From IMG/VR virus record IMGVR_UViG_3300049913_000009, positions 1 to 36,770 of that record: DNA of 36,770 bases; one strand, written 5' to 3'. Below, piece after piece: positions 16,832 to 26,410 of this stretch. Position 1 is the first letter of the stretch. Each line of letters opens with the position of its first letter. The stretch is from a virus. Lineage: Duplodnaviria; Caudoviricetes. Both the position numbers and the translations under genes were made by a program. The notes below the pieces were generated by a model, which was not told the DNA's origin, ran no database searches, and worked only from the letters and a program-made list of their open reading frames with translations.

Positions 16832-18187
16832 CTAGGCACTCCAGACGCCTCCGTCGATGGTGGAAGTATCAAGCAGCATCGTACCCGTCAGGTCAGGAAG
16901 CGTGATGGTCTTGAGTCCGCCCGTTGCCGCACCCGTGATCTTGAACTGGTTTGTACCGGGAGTTCCAGATGTTCCTGCCAGCCAAAGTGCGGCCCACGGC
17001 TTCGCCGTAGAACCAATGTCGAGTGCGCCCGCAGTCCCTGGAATCAGGGCAGCATTGATGGCGACACTTGCAAGGTTGTCAAGGGCAGCAGAAGCACCCG
17101 CGCCCGCAGGTGAGATTTCTTTCCAGACCGCAGCTCCATTGGTGGCATCGAGGCAAATGTATGCCTTGTCAGCGGTCGTATCAAGCCACAGCGAACCAAC
17201 TCCGTAGCCAGCAGGATCGCTGTCATCGGTGACAGCGGGCGCTGCTGCAGCGGCAAGATTATTCACGAGGTTCAACGCATTGGTAAGTCCAAGGTCGGTC
17301 TTGACTTCGGCATACGACCGCCCCTCAATGCCAGTCGCTGTGAACTTGGCATAGTCGTCGTCCGCGACATCGGCTTGGTTGATGGTTGGAACATTGGTGT
17401 TGGCGATACCGAACGACAGAGCCGCCTGTGCGCCAAGAGAAGTCAGAGCAGTTGCCCCACTCTCCCACGCAAGCACACCTGCCGAAGCCGTACCCACGAG
17501 AATCTGACCATCGCTGGCAGACTCTCCAACCGTCACGAACCGTCCGAGAACCGTACCTACGCCAATCGTATTGCCAGACTTGGAGAGACCAGTCCCCGCC
17601 GTAATCTGTCCAGCTGCCGAGAACTGTGCGAACGTGATGGCACTCGTTCCAAGCACCGTTGCTTCTGGTTCAGATGTGCAGACCCAACCAGTATCGGCCC
17701 CAGTTGTACCACCACTCACGAAGACGAAGACGGAAGCAATCTCGCCCGTCGAGTCCATGTCAGTAACGCGGGTGAGAACCCACTTTGCAGCACCAGTCCC
17801 AACAGTCGAGAGTTGGTAAACGCCGTTCTCAAATGTATCTGCTTGGTCTTTCACGAGCAAGCGCTGGTTGAGGGTCAGCGTGACGCCATCCTGCGCTTCG
17901 AGTGCGCCATTTGCTGCGTCTTCTGTCAGAGTAGCCCCGACACCAGCCGTACCGTTATCATATGCACAAGCAGCAAGTGCCCCCGTCGTCATCGCAACAA
18001 CATCACCAATCGGGGAAAGTCCTTGCGCTACGCTATCAACATACGCCTTCGTCGCAATCTGTTGGTTGCCAGTTGTGGAACCAATCCACAGACCGCCAAC
18101 CGCTACGTCATGGAATCCGAGTTCACCGACGGCAAGTGCCCCTGCGTCGGTGTTTGCGTTCCTGCGTACCTGTATAGTCACAGACAT
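16832..18187 (-). CDS. Tail fibre protein
   Basis: GGAGG SD; IATKAYVD, RLLVKDQ...ENGVY...LTR..D motifs; Gly/Ala/Thr rich. Confidence 0.8.
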   Translation of the reverse strand: MSVTIQVRRNANTDAGALAVGELGFHDVAVGGLWIGSTTGNQQIATKAYVDSVAQGLSPIGDVVAMTTGALAACAYDNGTAGVGATLTEDAANGALEAQDGVTLTLNQRLLVKDQADTFENGVYQLSTVGTGAAKWVLTRVTDMDSTGEIASVFVFVSGGTTGADTGWVCTSEPEATVLGTSAITFAQFSAAGQITAGTGLSKSGNTIGVGTVLGRFVTVGESASDGQILVGTASAGVLAWESGATALTSLGAQAALSFGIANTNVPTINQADVADDDYAKFTATGIEGRSYAEVKTDLGLTNALNLVNNLAAAAAPAVTDDSDPAGYGVGSLWLDTTADKAYICLDATNGAAVWKEISPAGAGASAALDNLASVAINAALIPGTAGALDIGSTAKPWAALWLAGTSGTPGTNQFKITGAATGGLKTITLPDLTGTMLLDTSTIDGGVWSA

Positions 18188-18206
18188 CTCATCACCTCCA
18201 AGTGAT

Positions 18207-18536
18207 TTATATGGGCCATATGCCGCCATCAATGTTCCCGATGGCTCCGCCTGCCGCTGCGATGATCGACCAGTTGACCCCCTCAATCGGGGTGATGCCC
18301 GTGCAGGCCACAAGGCATATCCACGAGCTGCCGTTGTATGAAACGCTGTCACCGTCAACGTAGGGAGTTAGAGCGTTGTATGCTCCAAGCCAGTTGATAC
18401 TTCCCGCGGGGCCTCTCGGACCCGGGACGCCGATGGTGATCTGTTCCTGTACTTCTTGTGTCACCTGGATCGTGATGTTGTTGTCAATCACCGTCTGTGT
18501 CTCGACATTCTGACTGACGATATTGCCGTCAGTCAT
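18207..18536 (-). CDS. Tail protein with short collagen-like and CBM5/12-like segment
   Basis: GVPGPRGPAG, WLGAYNALTPYVDGDSVSYNGSSWIC. Confidence 0.65.
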   Translation of the reverse strand: MTDGNIVSQNVETQTVIDNNITIQVTQEVQEQITIGVPGPRGPAGSINWLGAYNALTPYVDGDSVSYNGSSWICLVACTGITPIEGVNWSIIAAAGGAIGNIDGGIWPI

Positions 18537-18870
18537 AGGTCGCCTCCGGTTCGAGCGTGATCCACCCCTTGGCAATCTTGTGAGTTTCTTCTGTATCCGC
18601 TGGCACGACCTCGACATCGAAGCGGGCGGTTGCAAAGGTCCAGGTCGCCGTTGTGGTAGCGCCGATGGTCACCGTGACGAGCGTTGTATTGGCCACAGCG
18701 TCATACGTCCCCAGGACGATGCCGGCAGTCGTATCCACGTGCTTGACGAGCGTTCCCCCTGACCGGACGTCAGCTCGCACCAGGAGGCCAGTCAGGTCCT
18801 CATGTGCCAGGACCGTGAAGCGGAACACGTCGCCCTGGATTGCCTTGAGTGTCACGTCATTTTTCAGCAT
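18529..18870 (-). CDS. Fibre anchor/baseplate-like protein
   Basis: IQGDVF...ARFDVEV...IAKGWITLEPE pattern; position. Confidence 0.6.
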   Translation of the reverse strand: MLKNDVTLKAIQGDVFRFTVLAHEDLTGLLVRADVRSGGTLVKHVDTTAGIVLGTYDAVANTTLVTVTIGATTTATWTFATARFDVEVVPADTEETHKIAKGWITLEPEATYD

Positions 18871-18891
18871 GGGTGCCTCCTGTCAATCTGT

Positions 18892-18924
18892 TCCCGGCTT
18901 CTGCCTAGCCCACGGGAGCCGGGA
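18892..18924 (-). terminator. Hairpin downstream of holin
   Basis: TCCCGGCT...AGCCGGGA stem; no strong U tract. Confidence 0.35.
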
Positions 18925-18931
18925 CGGTCAG

Positions 18932-19327
18932 TTAGGCTAATGGCGGCCCTGTCGGCGTTGTTGGCGGAACGATCGGCTTGCCAGCATCGATAATAGGTAC
19001 TGCCTTGTCGACGTAGAGCACCTGCTTCAAGTCGACCGTCGCTTGCTTTTCGACCGGAGTCGTCAACAGGTAGGGCGACCAGATCTGCTTAAAGGCCAAT
19101 TCTGTCTCACCAAGAATAGCTCCCAGGATATAGGGGAGATTGCCAGCTGCGATCACCTTGGCGAGCGACCCGTCCAACCACATGACGAGGAACGCCAGAC
19201 CAACTGACAGTGCGAAAGCAATCAACTGCTTGACACGGCCATCCCACCCTTTCTTGAGCAGGACAGACGCGATGATGGGCGCGAAGAACCCAACCACCCA
19301 TATCCACACACTCGGTAGATTTGCCAT
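18932..19327 (-). CDS. Holin
   Basis: AGGAGGA SD; 2-3 TM segments; follows the endolysin. Confidence 0.75.
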   Translation of the reverse strand: MANLPSVWIWVVGFFAPIIASVLLKKGWDGRVKQLIAFALSVGLAFLVMWLDGSLAKVIAAGNLPYILGAILGETELAFKQIWSPYLLTTPVEKQATVDLKQVLYVDKAVPIIDAGKPIVPPTTPTGPPLA

Positions 19328-19335
19328 AGTTCCTC

Positions 19336-20034
19336 CTACACCTTTCGGTGCTCGAGATTGTAGAATGCCCAGGCGAGAACGTCGTAGGTAACCGGCGTGT
19401 TGCCTTTCGTCGCCAGACCGATGATGCCTTCGTCTGCGTTCCATTTCCTCACGTCGGCTGTCGTCACCGCCGGCTGTGCCAACTCGCGGGCCTGGAGGAC
19501 TTTCAGGATCGTGTCGAACTGGAACAGGGCCCCTGGGCAGTTGGGTTTGTTGATGGGGCTGATCTGGTAGTGTCCGACGATGTGCGCCCGGTCCAGTGGG
19601 ATGATCGTGCCATAGATGCGCTTGACCTCACTCCGTATCCAGGCGATCAGGTCTATTGTCGTGGCCAGTTGCTTGACCGTGAGCTTGCCCTTCGTCGTTG
19701 CCCACACGCCCTCATGCTCAATACTAATGGTGTACTTGTTGGCATTGACCCCTCTTGTCACGACAGCGGACAGGGTCGAGTGTCCGTAATAATTGCTGTC
19801 CGATGCCTTATCGCTCGTTCCATTCCCCCAAGCTGTATCCTCAATGGAGACCAATTGCGTAACGCGCCCATCCTGCGCCACGACAAAGTGAGCCGAAGCC
19901 TGAGCGGAAGGATTGCACAGCCATGAAACGGCACCCGCGAAGGCACCATCTGTGATATGACAGACGATGATGTCGGGCTTCCAGCCGTCGCGGCCGGCGT
20001 CCTTGTTTACTGAAATCTGTTGAGCAATGTTCGT
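19336..20034 (-). CDS. N-acetylmuramoyl-L-alanine amidase endolysin (Amidase_2), apparent ACG start
   Basis: IIVCHIT...SAHFVV...AW...ISIEHEG...IVGHYQI...KPNCPG. The first Zn-ligand His lies upstream of the track's start; GGAGG-N5-ACG at 20034. Confidence 0.85.
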   Translation of the reverse strand, partial: TNIAQQISVNKDAGRDGWKPDIIVCHITDGAFAGAVSWLCNPSAQASAHFVVAQDGRVTQLVSIEDTAWGNGTSDKASDSNYYGHSTLSAVVTRGVNANKYTISIEHEGVWATTKGKLTVKQLATTIDLIAWIRSEVKRIYGTIIPLDRAHIVGHYQISPINKPNCPGALFQFDTILKVLQARELAQPAVTTADVRKWNADEGIIGLATKGNTPVTYDVLAWAFYNLEHRKV

Positions 20035-20043
20035 ACCGGCCTC

Positions 20044-20757
20044 CTACTTCGGCTCGTCGAGATAAGACACTGGCACGTCCATCCACGTGAACGCATACCG
20101 CTCAAGACCCTTGCAGATGCCGTAGCCCACGAAGCGGAAGTATTTGCCTCCGACGGTGAACTCATGCTCTCCGACCTTGAGGGTGGCCTTTGCGCCGTCC
20201 GCGTGGTCAGGGACGTCGATGATGTCCGGCGCCTGGGTGACGATCGGCTCCGGGAAGTCCTCCTGGGTTCCGTTCGCGTGCTGCATGATGGCCTGAGCCG
20301 CGTCCACCATTGGTGTCCAAACACGCGGAACGGCCACAAGCGCAGCCAGGACGATGTCGTTCAGCTCGACCACCCCGATGTTCTGGAGCTTGACCTTCTC
20401 CGCGTCAGACAGGGCAGCGACCTTCTCGGGTTCGTCCAGCCATGCGAGGGCATTGAACTTGGCGTCCGTTGTGACCGGATGAACGCCCTGACCCAGCGTG
20501 GGCCGAGTGCCGATGGTCCCGAGCGATTCCAGCGTGAACGTGACCGGGATCTTGGACGCGGGCCTGCCATACGCTCCGGTGCACTCGTAGATCGGCGGGA
20601 CGCTGACCGGCTCGTGCAGGGTCAGTTCCTTCGTGCCGAGATGCCCGGACTCATTGACGGTCTCAACCTTGCCGTCCTTGCCCAGCCAGACCTCAATCTG
20701 CAAGGTCTTGGTCTTCTGTTCCTGAACGTCTTCCGGTGTTCCATGATTGTGCATCAT
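20044..20757 (-). CDS. Hypothetical protein in lysis region
   Basis: AAAGGAGA SD; long ORF with phage-like codon usage. Confidence 0.7.
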   Translation of the reverse strand: MMHNHGTPEDVQEQKTKTLQIEVWLGKDGKVETVNESGHLGTKELTLHEPVSVPPIYECTGAYGRPASKIPVTFTLESLGTIGTRPTLGQGVHPVTTDAKFNALAWLDEPEKVAALSDAEKVKLQNIGVVELNDIVLAALVAVPRVWTPMVDAAQAIMQHANGTQEDFPEPIVTQAPDIIDVPDHADGAKATLKVGEHEFTVGGKYFRFVGYGICKGLERYAFTWMDVPVSYLDEPK

Positions 20758-20782
20758 TCCGTTCTCCTTTGGCTCTGTGAGC

Positions 20783-21238
20783 CTACTTCTGTAGTAGCGA
20801 TGCCACCCAAATGATGGCACCGACAACCGCCGTCAAAAGCAAGTATTCAACAATCTTCCAACCGATAGCAAGCATGGGCTTCTTTGCTTCAACCTCCGTA
20901 GTGTTCACGGCCTTGAGGTCTTTGATGTCTGCTGTAGCAGCCTTGACTTCCGTGATGTTCTCACCCTGTTTCACTTGCAGAGAAGCGACTGCCGTTGTCA
21001 GGAGACCAATCTGCGTGAGCATCGCCGTCTGTGCAACCACGGTATCGCCCGTAATCTTGCCATTCTCCCCTAGCCGCTTTACCAGCCCGACATCGGGGTC
21101 AGAGATAATCCAGAGGATCTTGTCCATCGCCTTGCTAATCTTGTCGATGACGTCCGCCTGCGACCTGATCTGCTCCGAGAGGACGCCGCTGTTCACGTTG
21201 CCGCTACCATCACCCATGTACGTCTGATTGTCGGTCAT
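20783..21238 (-). CDS. Coiled-coil protein with C-terminal TM (XhlA/holin-accessory-like)
   Basis: GGAGG SD; C-terminal TM helix; upstream of lysin. Confidence 0.6.
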   Translation of the reverse strand: MTDNQTYMGDGSGNVNSGVLSEQIRSQADVIDKISKAMDKILWIISDPDVGLVKRLGENGKITGDTVVAQTAMLTQIGLLTTAVASLQVKQGENITEVKAATADIKDLKAVNTTEVEAKKPMLAIGWKIVEYLLLTAVVGAIIWVASLLQK

Positions 21239-21295
21239 TTCAACCTCCTGCGTCTGGTGGGGTCGATCCCCACGGCTTCATATCGCGTATGGCGG

Positions 21296-22300
21296 TCATA
21301 CGACTTCCTTGACCTTGGACAACCGGACTCGACCAACCCATCGCCAGACCTTTGCGATACAGGCGTTGATCGTGAAGTAGGCGATGATGTCTCTGTCTTC
21401 ATGGACATTCGTATCGGTTCGCGGGTTCTGTGTTCCGTTGATAACGGTATCTCTCGTCCAGTAGGTGAAGGAGTACCCAGTATCGGGGATTGCCTCTACG
21501 GGAGTTCCATCCTCGCCATCATCAATCTGTTGTGGGGAATCTCCGGATACTTCTCCGTGTGCATCGGCACTATAAGTAAGAATCCACACCGCAAGAAACA
21601 TGGCCGTCGTCGTGATGTCGGCCTGTACATTCAAGTCTTGCCGTGCCGCCACAATGCTGTCGTTGTCGCTCCACTTTAGAAAGCGATAATGCTCATCAGG
21701 AACAGCGACCACTTCGGTACCATCGTCTCCTTGCTCAACCTCTTGTATAAGAGTTCCAGTAATTGAACCGTGATCTCCTTCAATGTATGTCAGCGTGAAG
21801 TCCAAAATGAATAATGCAGTAAGCGTAAGGCTGGCGTGGACATCCACGTCGCATCGCGTTGGGGTTGCAAGATCGTCATCCCATTTATCGAATGTATATC
21901 CCGCATCAGCAACGGCCTCTACGGGAGTTCCATCTGCCCCATCGTCGATATGAATTTGACTGGCATTGCCAAGGATGGTCCCGTGGTCAGCAAGATATGT
22001 CAGAGTCCATGTCGGGTAGTTGGAGCCGCTGAACGTAATATCACAACAAATGATATGCCCATACGTTGGGTCCCCTTCATTCCCGACACCGATATTGTGA
22101 AAGGTATAGGAACCAAGAGCGGGATCAACGTCAATCCAATGGTATTGCCAGTAGTCTGATACCGAAACGAAAAGCGTTGTTTCTCCGCTTGCCGGAACCC
22201 ATGTAATTGTCAGGTCAGAACCGTATGCGACCTCCGTTATAACTTGTGTAAGCGGCGATACGATTCCGTTTCCACTCCGCCAACGCCATATTTGGCTCAT
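21296..22300 (-). CDS. Virion protein with 3 divergent InlB B-repeat (beta-grasp) domains
   Basis: Three repeats of LTY..D.HG.I.G...Q....G.DGT.V.A..D.GY.F..W. Confidence 0.75.
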   Translation of the reverse strand: MSQIWRWRSGNGIVSPLTQVITEVAYGSDLTITWVPASGETTLFVSVSDYWQYHWIDVDPALGSYTFHNIGVGNEGDPTYGHIICCDITFSGSNYPTWTLTYLADHGTILGNASQIHIDDGADGTPVEAVADAGYTFDKWDDDLATPTRCDVDVHASLTLTALFILDFTLTYIEGDHGSITGTLIQEVEQGDDGTEVVAVPDEHYRFLKWSDNDSIVAARQDLNVQADITTTAMFLAVWILTYSADAHGEVSGDSPQQIDDGEDGTPVEAIPDTGYSFTYWTRDTVINGTQNPRTDTNVHEDRDIIAYFTINACIAKVWRWVGRVRLSKVKEVV

Positions 22301-22635
22301 GCTTCTACCTCAATTCCCATACCTGTCGCTCGCCAGTTGACCGTGACAGATGGACCACCACCGCCTGTCGGGCAATAATAACCGTCGACGATAAACCCCA
22401 CCGTGATGTCTGCTCCAACATAGAAGTCATAGGCATCCTGAAGCAAGGCTTGAACGCTCGCAACGGGCATACCCGAGGAACACATGGCGGTCAAGAGAAC
22501 GGTAGGCGGGCCGACGAACTTGGCACCGAACACGATCTGCGTCCCGGTAACCGTACCGTGCTTGTCCAGGGAGACGATCGCTCCGGTATAGGACTTGATA
22601 GCGCCGTTGATGAGTTCGTTACCCCGGCTGCTCAT
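22297..22635 (-). CDS. Minor tail protein (H-type-lectin-like)
   Basis: IVFGAKFVGPPTVLLT...VNWRATG. Confidence 0.55.
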   Translation of the reverse strand: MSSRGNELINGAIKSYTGAIVSLDKHGTVTGTQIVFGAKFVGPPTVLLTAMCSSGMPVASVQALLQDAYDFYVGADITVGFIVDGYYCPTGGGGPSVTVNWRATGMGIEVEA

Positions 22636-23660
22636 ACGACCATCGCCTCGAGGGTCGTGGTGACTTCGGTGCCTACGATATCGATGATCGAACTCACGAC
22701 CTTGTACAAGCCGGGCTGCCCGTTGATGTCGGTCCAGCCGAAGGACCGCCAGAGCGTGTCAGGAAGGAAGCCCAGGCGCTTGACGGTGAGACCTTGCGCT
22801 GCCTGCCGGTCGAGCTTGTAGAGTTCGTCGGCCATGTCCTGCAGCTTGGTGTCCTTGAGCTGCCAGACCTCGGCAAGGAATGGGTTGACCTTCTTGCTCA
22901 GGTTGAAGTTGGTGAGGTCCGGCGTAGTGCCGCTCATGCCCGCGATCTTGCCGGTGCCGGTGTTGCTGTTGGCCACCACGACGTCCGAGTGGATCTGCTT
23001 GTAGTGGATGCCATACGAGGCGCCCATGAGCAGCGGTTCGACCTCCGAGAGCGCAATGGTGCCGATAGGCGACGTGTAGCAGGGAGCGATGACCGCGAAC
23101 CGCCCCGTCTCCGGCACGGCGTAGATCACGTAGCCCAGCCATTGCAGGATCTGCTGAATCTCTGCCAGGTAGGTCGAGTTCGCCATCAAATAGATGCCCC
23201 CGTCACAGACGGCGCTCATGAGTGTCGTATTGGTCACCAGGATGTCGCAACTGATACCGGACAGGGTCGAGACGGCAGTGACCAGTGCCTGCAAAAGCTC
23301 GCCAACGGTGCTCGACGGCGTCAAGCCAAAGTCGGTACTGGACTTCTGGATGAGCGGAAGTTTCCACGCGGAGAGTCGGTCGCTGAGCGGCAAGTTGCTT
23401 GTGACACCGTCCTTGAGTCGCTCCACCGTTCGGTCGTCCAGTTCGTAGTGATACGTGGTGTCGTTCACCGTAATGAGCCATTCCCCGGCCAGGTTGCGGA
23501 TGTCCATGACCGGCGACGGCTCAAAGCCTTCGAGCGTCGCGCCACCGCCGTCAAAGATGCCAGTCTTGAGCTGGATGTGCAGCGGCTTGTAGTACGCGGA
23601 GGTCAGCACCCCATAGTGCGGGGCGGCGATCGCTATGTCGGGGATCCTTACGGTCGCCAT
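22632..23660 (-). CDS. Baseplate hub/tail-tip protein
   Basis: Second gene after TMP; size fits. Confidence 0.6.
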   Translation of the reverse strand: MATVRIPDIAIAAPHYGVLTSAYYKPLHIQLKTGIFDGGGATLEGFEPSPVMDIRNLAGEWLITVNDTTYHYELDDRTVERLKDGVTSNLPLSDRLSAWKLPLIQKSSTDFGLTPSSTVGELLQALVTAVSTLSGISCDILVTNTTLMSAVCDGGIYLMANSTYLAEIQQILQWLGYVIYAVPETGRFAVIAPCYTSPIGTIALSEVEPLLMGASYGIHYKQIHSDVVVANSNTGTGKIAGMSGTTPDLTNFNLSKKVNPFLAEVWQLKDTKLQDMADELYKLDRQAAQGLTVKRLGFLPDTLWRSFGWTDINGQPGLYKVVSSIIDIVGTEVTTTLEAMVV

Positions 23661-24019
23661 AGCTCCACGCTCACGAGGTTCTGCTTTGCCGTGTCTCGGC
23701 TGTCGTTGCTACAGATGACCTGCGCGTCGACACTCAGAAGTGAATACGTGTGCCCGTCGAAGGAGATCTCGTCCTCGCCGTCCTTGAGCCCTGCCATGAG
23801 CGTGGTGTACTGTGCCGCTCCGACAACGTGGAGGACGACACGCCGCTTGTAGTAGCCCATGCCGCGCATGGAGAGAGCTTCCCGAAGACCCGCCACGATG
23901 GAACCCACCGGCGTCCAGACGTCGCCGGGCGTCGTCTCTTCGACGTACGTGCACGCGCCCGTCCTGGTCGTGTCGTTTGGGAGTGCGTAGCTGCTCACGT
24001 CACCCTCCGAAGGCGGCAC
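23648..24019 (-). CDS. Distal tail-like protein
   Basis: First gene after TMP; start uncertain. Confidence 0.5.
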   Translation of the reverse strand: MPPSEGDVSSYALPNDTTRTGACTYVEETTPGDVWTPVGSIVAGLREALSMRGMGYYKRRVVLHVVGAAQYTTLMAGLKDGEDEISFDGHTYSLLSVDAQVICSNDSRDTAKQNLVSVELWRP

Positions 24020-25622
24020 TGCCGCCGAGCGCTGTCATGACCTTCGCGAAGACCAAGTTGCCGAGGGTGTCTTTCAGCTTGCCGAGGGCCGACTGGTCAA
24101 CCTTGATGCTGGTACCATCAATTTTGAGCGTCAGTTGCAGTTCTGCTTTTTTGACCTTCACAGCACCCGACAGGCTGCCAATGTACGAGCTCAGGCCTGT
24201 GACGTTGACGCCGGACACGTTGATGGGTGACCAGGCTGCCGCCGCCTTGGCGTCTTTCGCCGTCTTGTCTGCGTACTTCTTCTCAATCTCTGCCCGCCTG
24301 GCTGCCGATGTTTCTGTGATCAGCACCTTGTCATAGCCCGCCTTTCTCCAGGCTGCCACGTCCAGATCAAGGTCATGGAGTTCCTTCTGCTTCTCTGTAT
24401 GCGTCGCGTCATAGAGCTGATGTTGGAGGTCCAGATTACCTGCGATCTGATCAGCGGTTGCGGACACCGGGACGGGAACAGGATTGGGAGTGTATCCGGT
24501 ATGTGCCTGCTGGCCGGCGACAGTTGCATACCAGGGAGCGGTGCTGCTCGAGGGCACAACGGGCGGGACGTAGTACTTCCCGCCAGGGCTGGTCCCATAC
24601 GTCGGGTTGAATGCGTGGAGCAGCTTCTCTCGCTCAGCAGTCCATGCATCGGAGTTCGCGCCCTGGACTGCTGCAATGCCAACCGTCAAGGGTAGAGCTG
24701 CCAGGCCTAGGAGTTTCGTGAGAGCAGCCCAACCCGTGCCAGCAGTCAATAGGTCGATAGCGGTCTTGAGTCTGGCAATGCCGACGATCGCCACTGCTGT
24801 CGCGCCGCCAATCGACAGGATCCCTGCTGCTGCCGACACGGTGCCTGTGATCAACCCTTTCATAGCGTCGGGCATGTCGTTAAACTTCTCGAGGAGGGTC
24901 GTGAGTCCGTGTGCAGCGCTGGTGAGTTCTGGGATCAGGGTCTTGCCGAATGACTTACCCAGCTCGGTCAGGGCGCTTGTGAGTTTCTTGCCTGCGCCTT
25001 CCATGCCCGACATCTTCTCGCCTGCCTGTCCTGCGTAGACGCCCAGCTGTCGCAGCACGTCATTGAAGTCAACTGTGCCGTCTTTGTTCTTCGTGATGAT
25101 CACGCCGTAGCGCTGGAACAGGCCGACGTTGCCCGTCATGGCTTGTGCCGACGCCCTGAACCCCTGTTGAAGATCCATGCCAGTGACGGCGCTCAGGTCC
25201 AGCAGCCGGGGCAATAGGGCCTCAGCCTGTACTTCGGTCAAGTGCATCGTCCCAGCGAAGGTCAAGGCTGCCATCTGCGTTTCCTCGGAGACGGTTGTCT
25301 GTTTGCGTAGGCTGTTGGTTAGAGTCTCGATCCGGGTCATGGCAGCTGTCGAATACTGGCCCGTGTTCTGGAGACCAAGAGCCAGACTCTTCAGTGCCGT
25401 CTGATTTGAGGCGCTCTCCTTGACCATAAGGGCGAGCCCGGTGGTAAGTGCCGCACCCGCGACGACGGCAGCCGTGCCGACTGTTTTCAGAGCCGACAAC
25501 TGGTCGGCTTGTGACTTCTTGTCGGCTGCTGCCTGTTTGTCGCGCAGGTTCTTCAGTGCCGCTTCTGCGTCACCGGTATTGATGACGACATTGCCCTGAA
25601 TATCGAACTCTTCAGCCATCAC
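24000..25622 (-). CDS. Tape measure protein
   Basis: Ala/Gly/Leu-rich helical protein after the tail chaperones; LLDLSAVTGMDLQQG...LFQRYG motif. Confidence 0.85.
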   Translation of the reverse strand: MMAEEFDIQGNVVINTGDAEAALKNLRDKQAAADKKSQADQLSALKTVGTAAVVAGAALTTGLALMVKESASNQTALKSLALGLQNTGQYSTAAMTRIETLTNSLRKQTTVSEETQMAALTFAGTMHLTEVQAEALLPRLLDLSAVTGMDLQQGFRASAQAMTGNVGLFQRYGVIITKNKDGTVDFNDVLRQLGVYAGQAGEKMSGMEGAGKKLTSALTELGKSFGKTLIPELTSAAHGLTTLLEKFNDMPDAMKGLITGTVSAAAGILSIGGATAVAIVGIARLKTAIDLLTAGTGWAALTKLLGLAALPLTVGIAAVQGANSDAWTAEREKLLHAFNPTYGTSPGGKYYVPPVVPSSSTAPWYATVAGQQAHTGYTPNPVPVPVSATADQIAGNLDLQHQLYDATHTEKQKELHDLDLDVAAWRKAGYDKVLITETSAARRAEIEKKYADKTAKDAKAAAAWSPINVSGVNVTGLSSYIGSLSGAVKVKKAELQLTLKIDGTSIKVDQSALGKLKDTLGNLVFAKVMTALGGSAAFGG

Positions 25623-26019
25623 TCCACCCCGTGTGGTTTCTCGCCAAGTCGGTGTTCGGAAGCGATGACCTCAAGCGCCGTGAGCAGCATGACGGGCATG
25701 GCGTCCATGTCAGCCAGGCTCAGGCGCATCAGGTCTCCGTGCATCAGGTTCAGGACTTCGCGTGCTCTGGTGCCCCAGTAATCGAGCTCTGATTCTGACC
25801 AGAGCCAGTGGCACCTTCCACGAAAAAATGCTTGAACGCCTCGACGATCTCCGTGCTCGAGAGATTCTCATTGGTTGCCACTGGTTTGCCCCGATGCATC
25901 GCCACGAGGTCATGAACAAGGCCGGGATCGCCTTGCAAGTAGGTCTCGTAGGTCATGCCATACACGTTCACGTGGTACTTAGCGTAGAGCTGGTCGACCT
26001 GACCCTTCGTAATTTCCAT
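25619..26019 (-). CDS. Tail assembly chaperone G (25750-26019) and -1 frameshift GT product
   Basis: Slippery T TTT TTC at 25828-25822; the -1 frame is open (RGRCHWLWSE...PHGVE*) to a TGA overlapping the TMP start. Confidence 0.8.
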
Positions 26020-26399
26020 TAGGCCGCCGGCTCGACCGTTCCGCCGATGTTGAACATCCAGTTGCCACGATTGGAATCGCTGCCCGCCGTCTTGATGGTG
26101 ATCGAGCAGGTGGCGGTCACGGCAGCCGTGTTGGCGCTGACGGCGGTGAGTGTGGCCGACAGGCCGAGCAAGGCCAGGGGATCGACCCAGCCCTTGAACT
26201 CTGCCGTCGCCGACGCGGTGCCCTTGAACTTGGTCATGACCGACTGGGCAAGCGTCTGGCCAGCATCGTTGTTCTGGATTTCCAGCTCTTCGCCGGCAGC
26301 CGCATCCATCTTGAGGCCCTCGACGATGATCCCCGTCGGGCCGCCTGTCACGGTAATCAGTGAACCGGGACCCATCCCGTAGGCATATCCGTTATCCAT
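26019..26399 (-). CDS. Probable major tail tube protein
   Basis: Immediately upstream of the chaperone; beta-rich. Confidence 0.55.
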   Translation of the reverse strand: MDNGYAYGMGPGSLITVTGGPTGIIVEGLKMDAAAGEELEIQNNDAGQTLAQSVMTKFKGTASATAEFKGWVDPLALLGLSATLTAVSANTAAVTATCSITIKTAGSDSNRGNWMFNIGGTVEPAA

Positions 26400-26410
26400 G
26401 TTCTATCTCC

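Noticed and set aside
13335-18870. DGR or invertase-driven tail fibre variation
   Set aside because: No reverse transcriptase, invertase or TR/VR repeat pair seen
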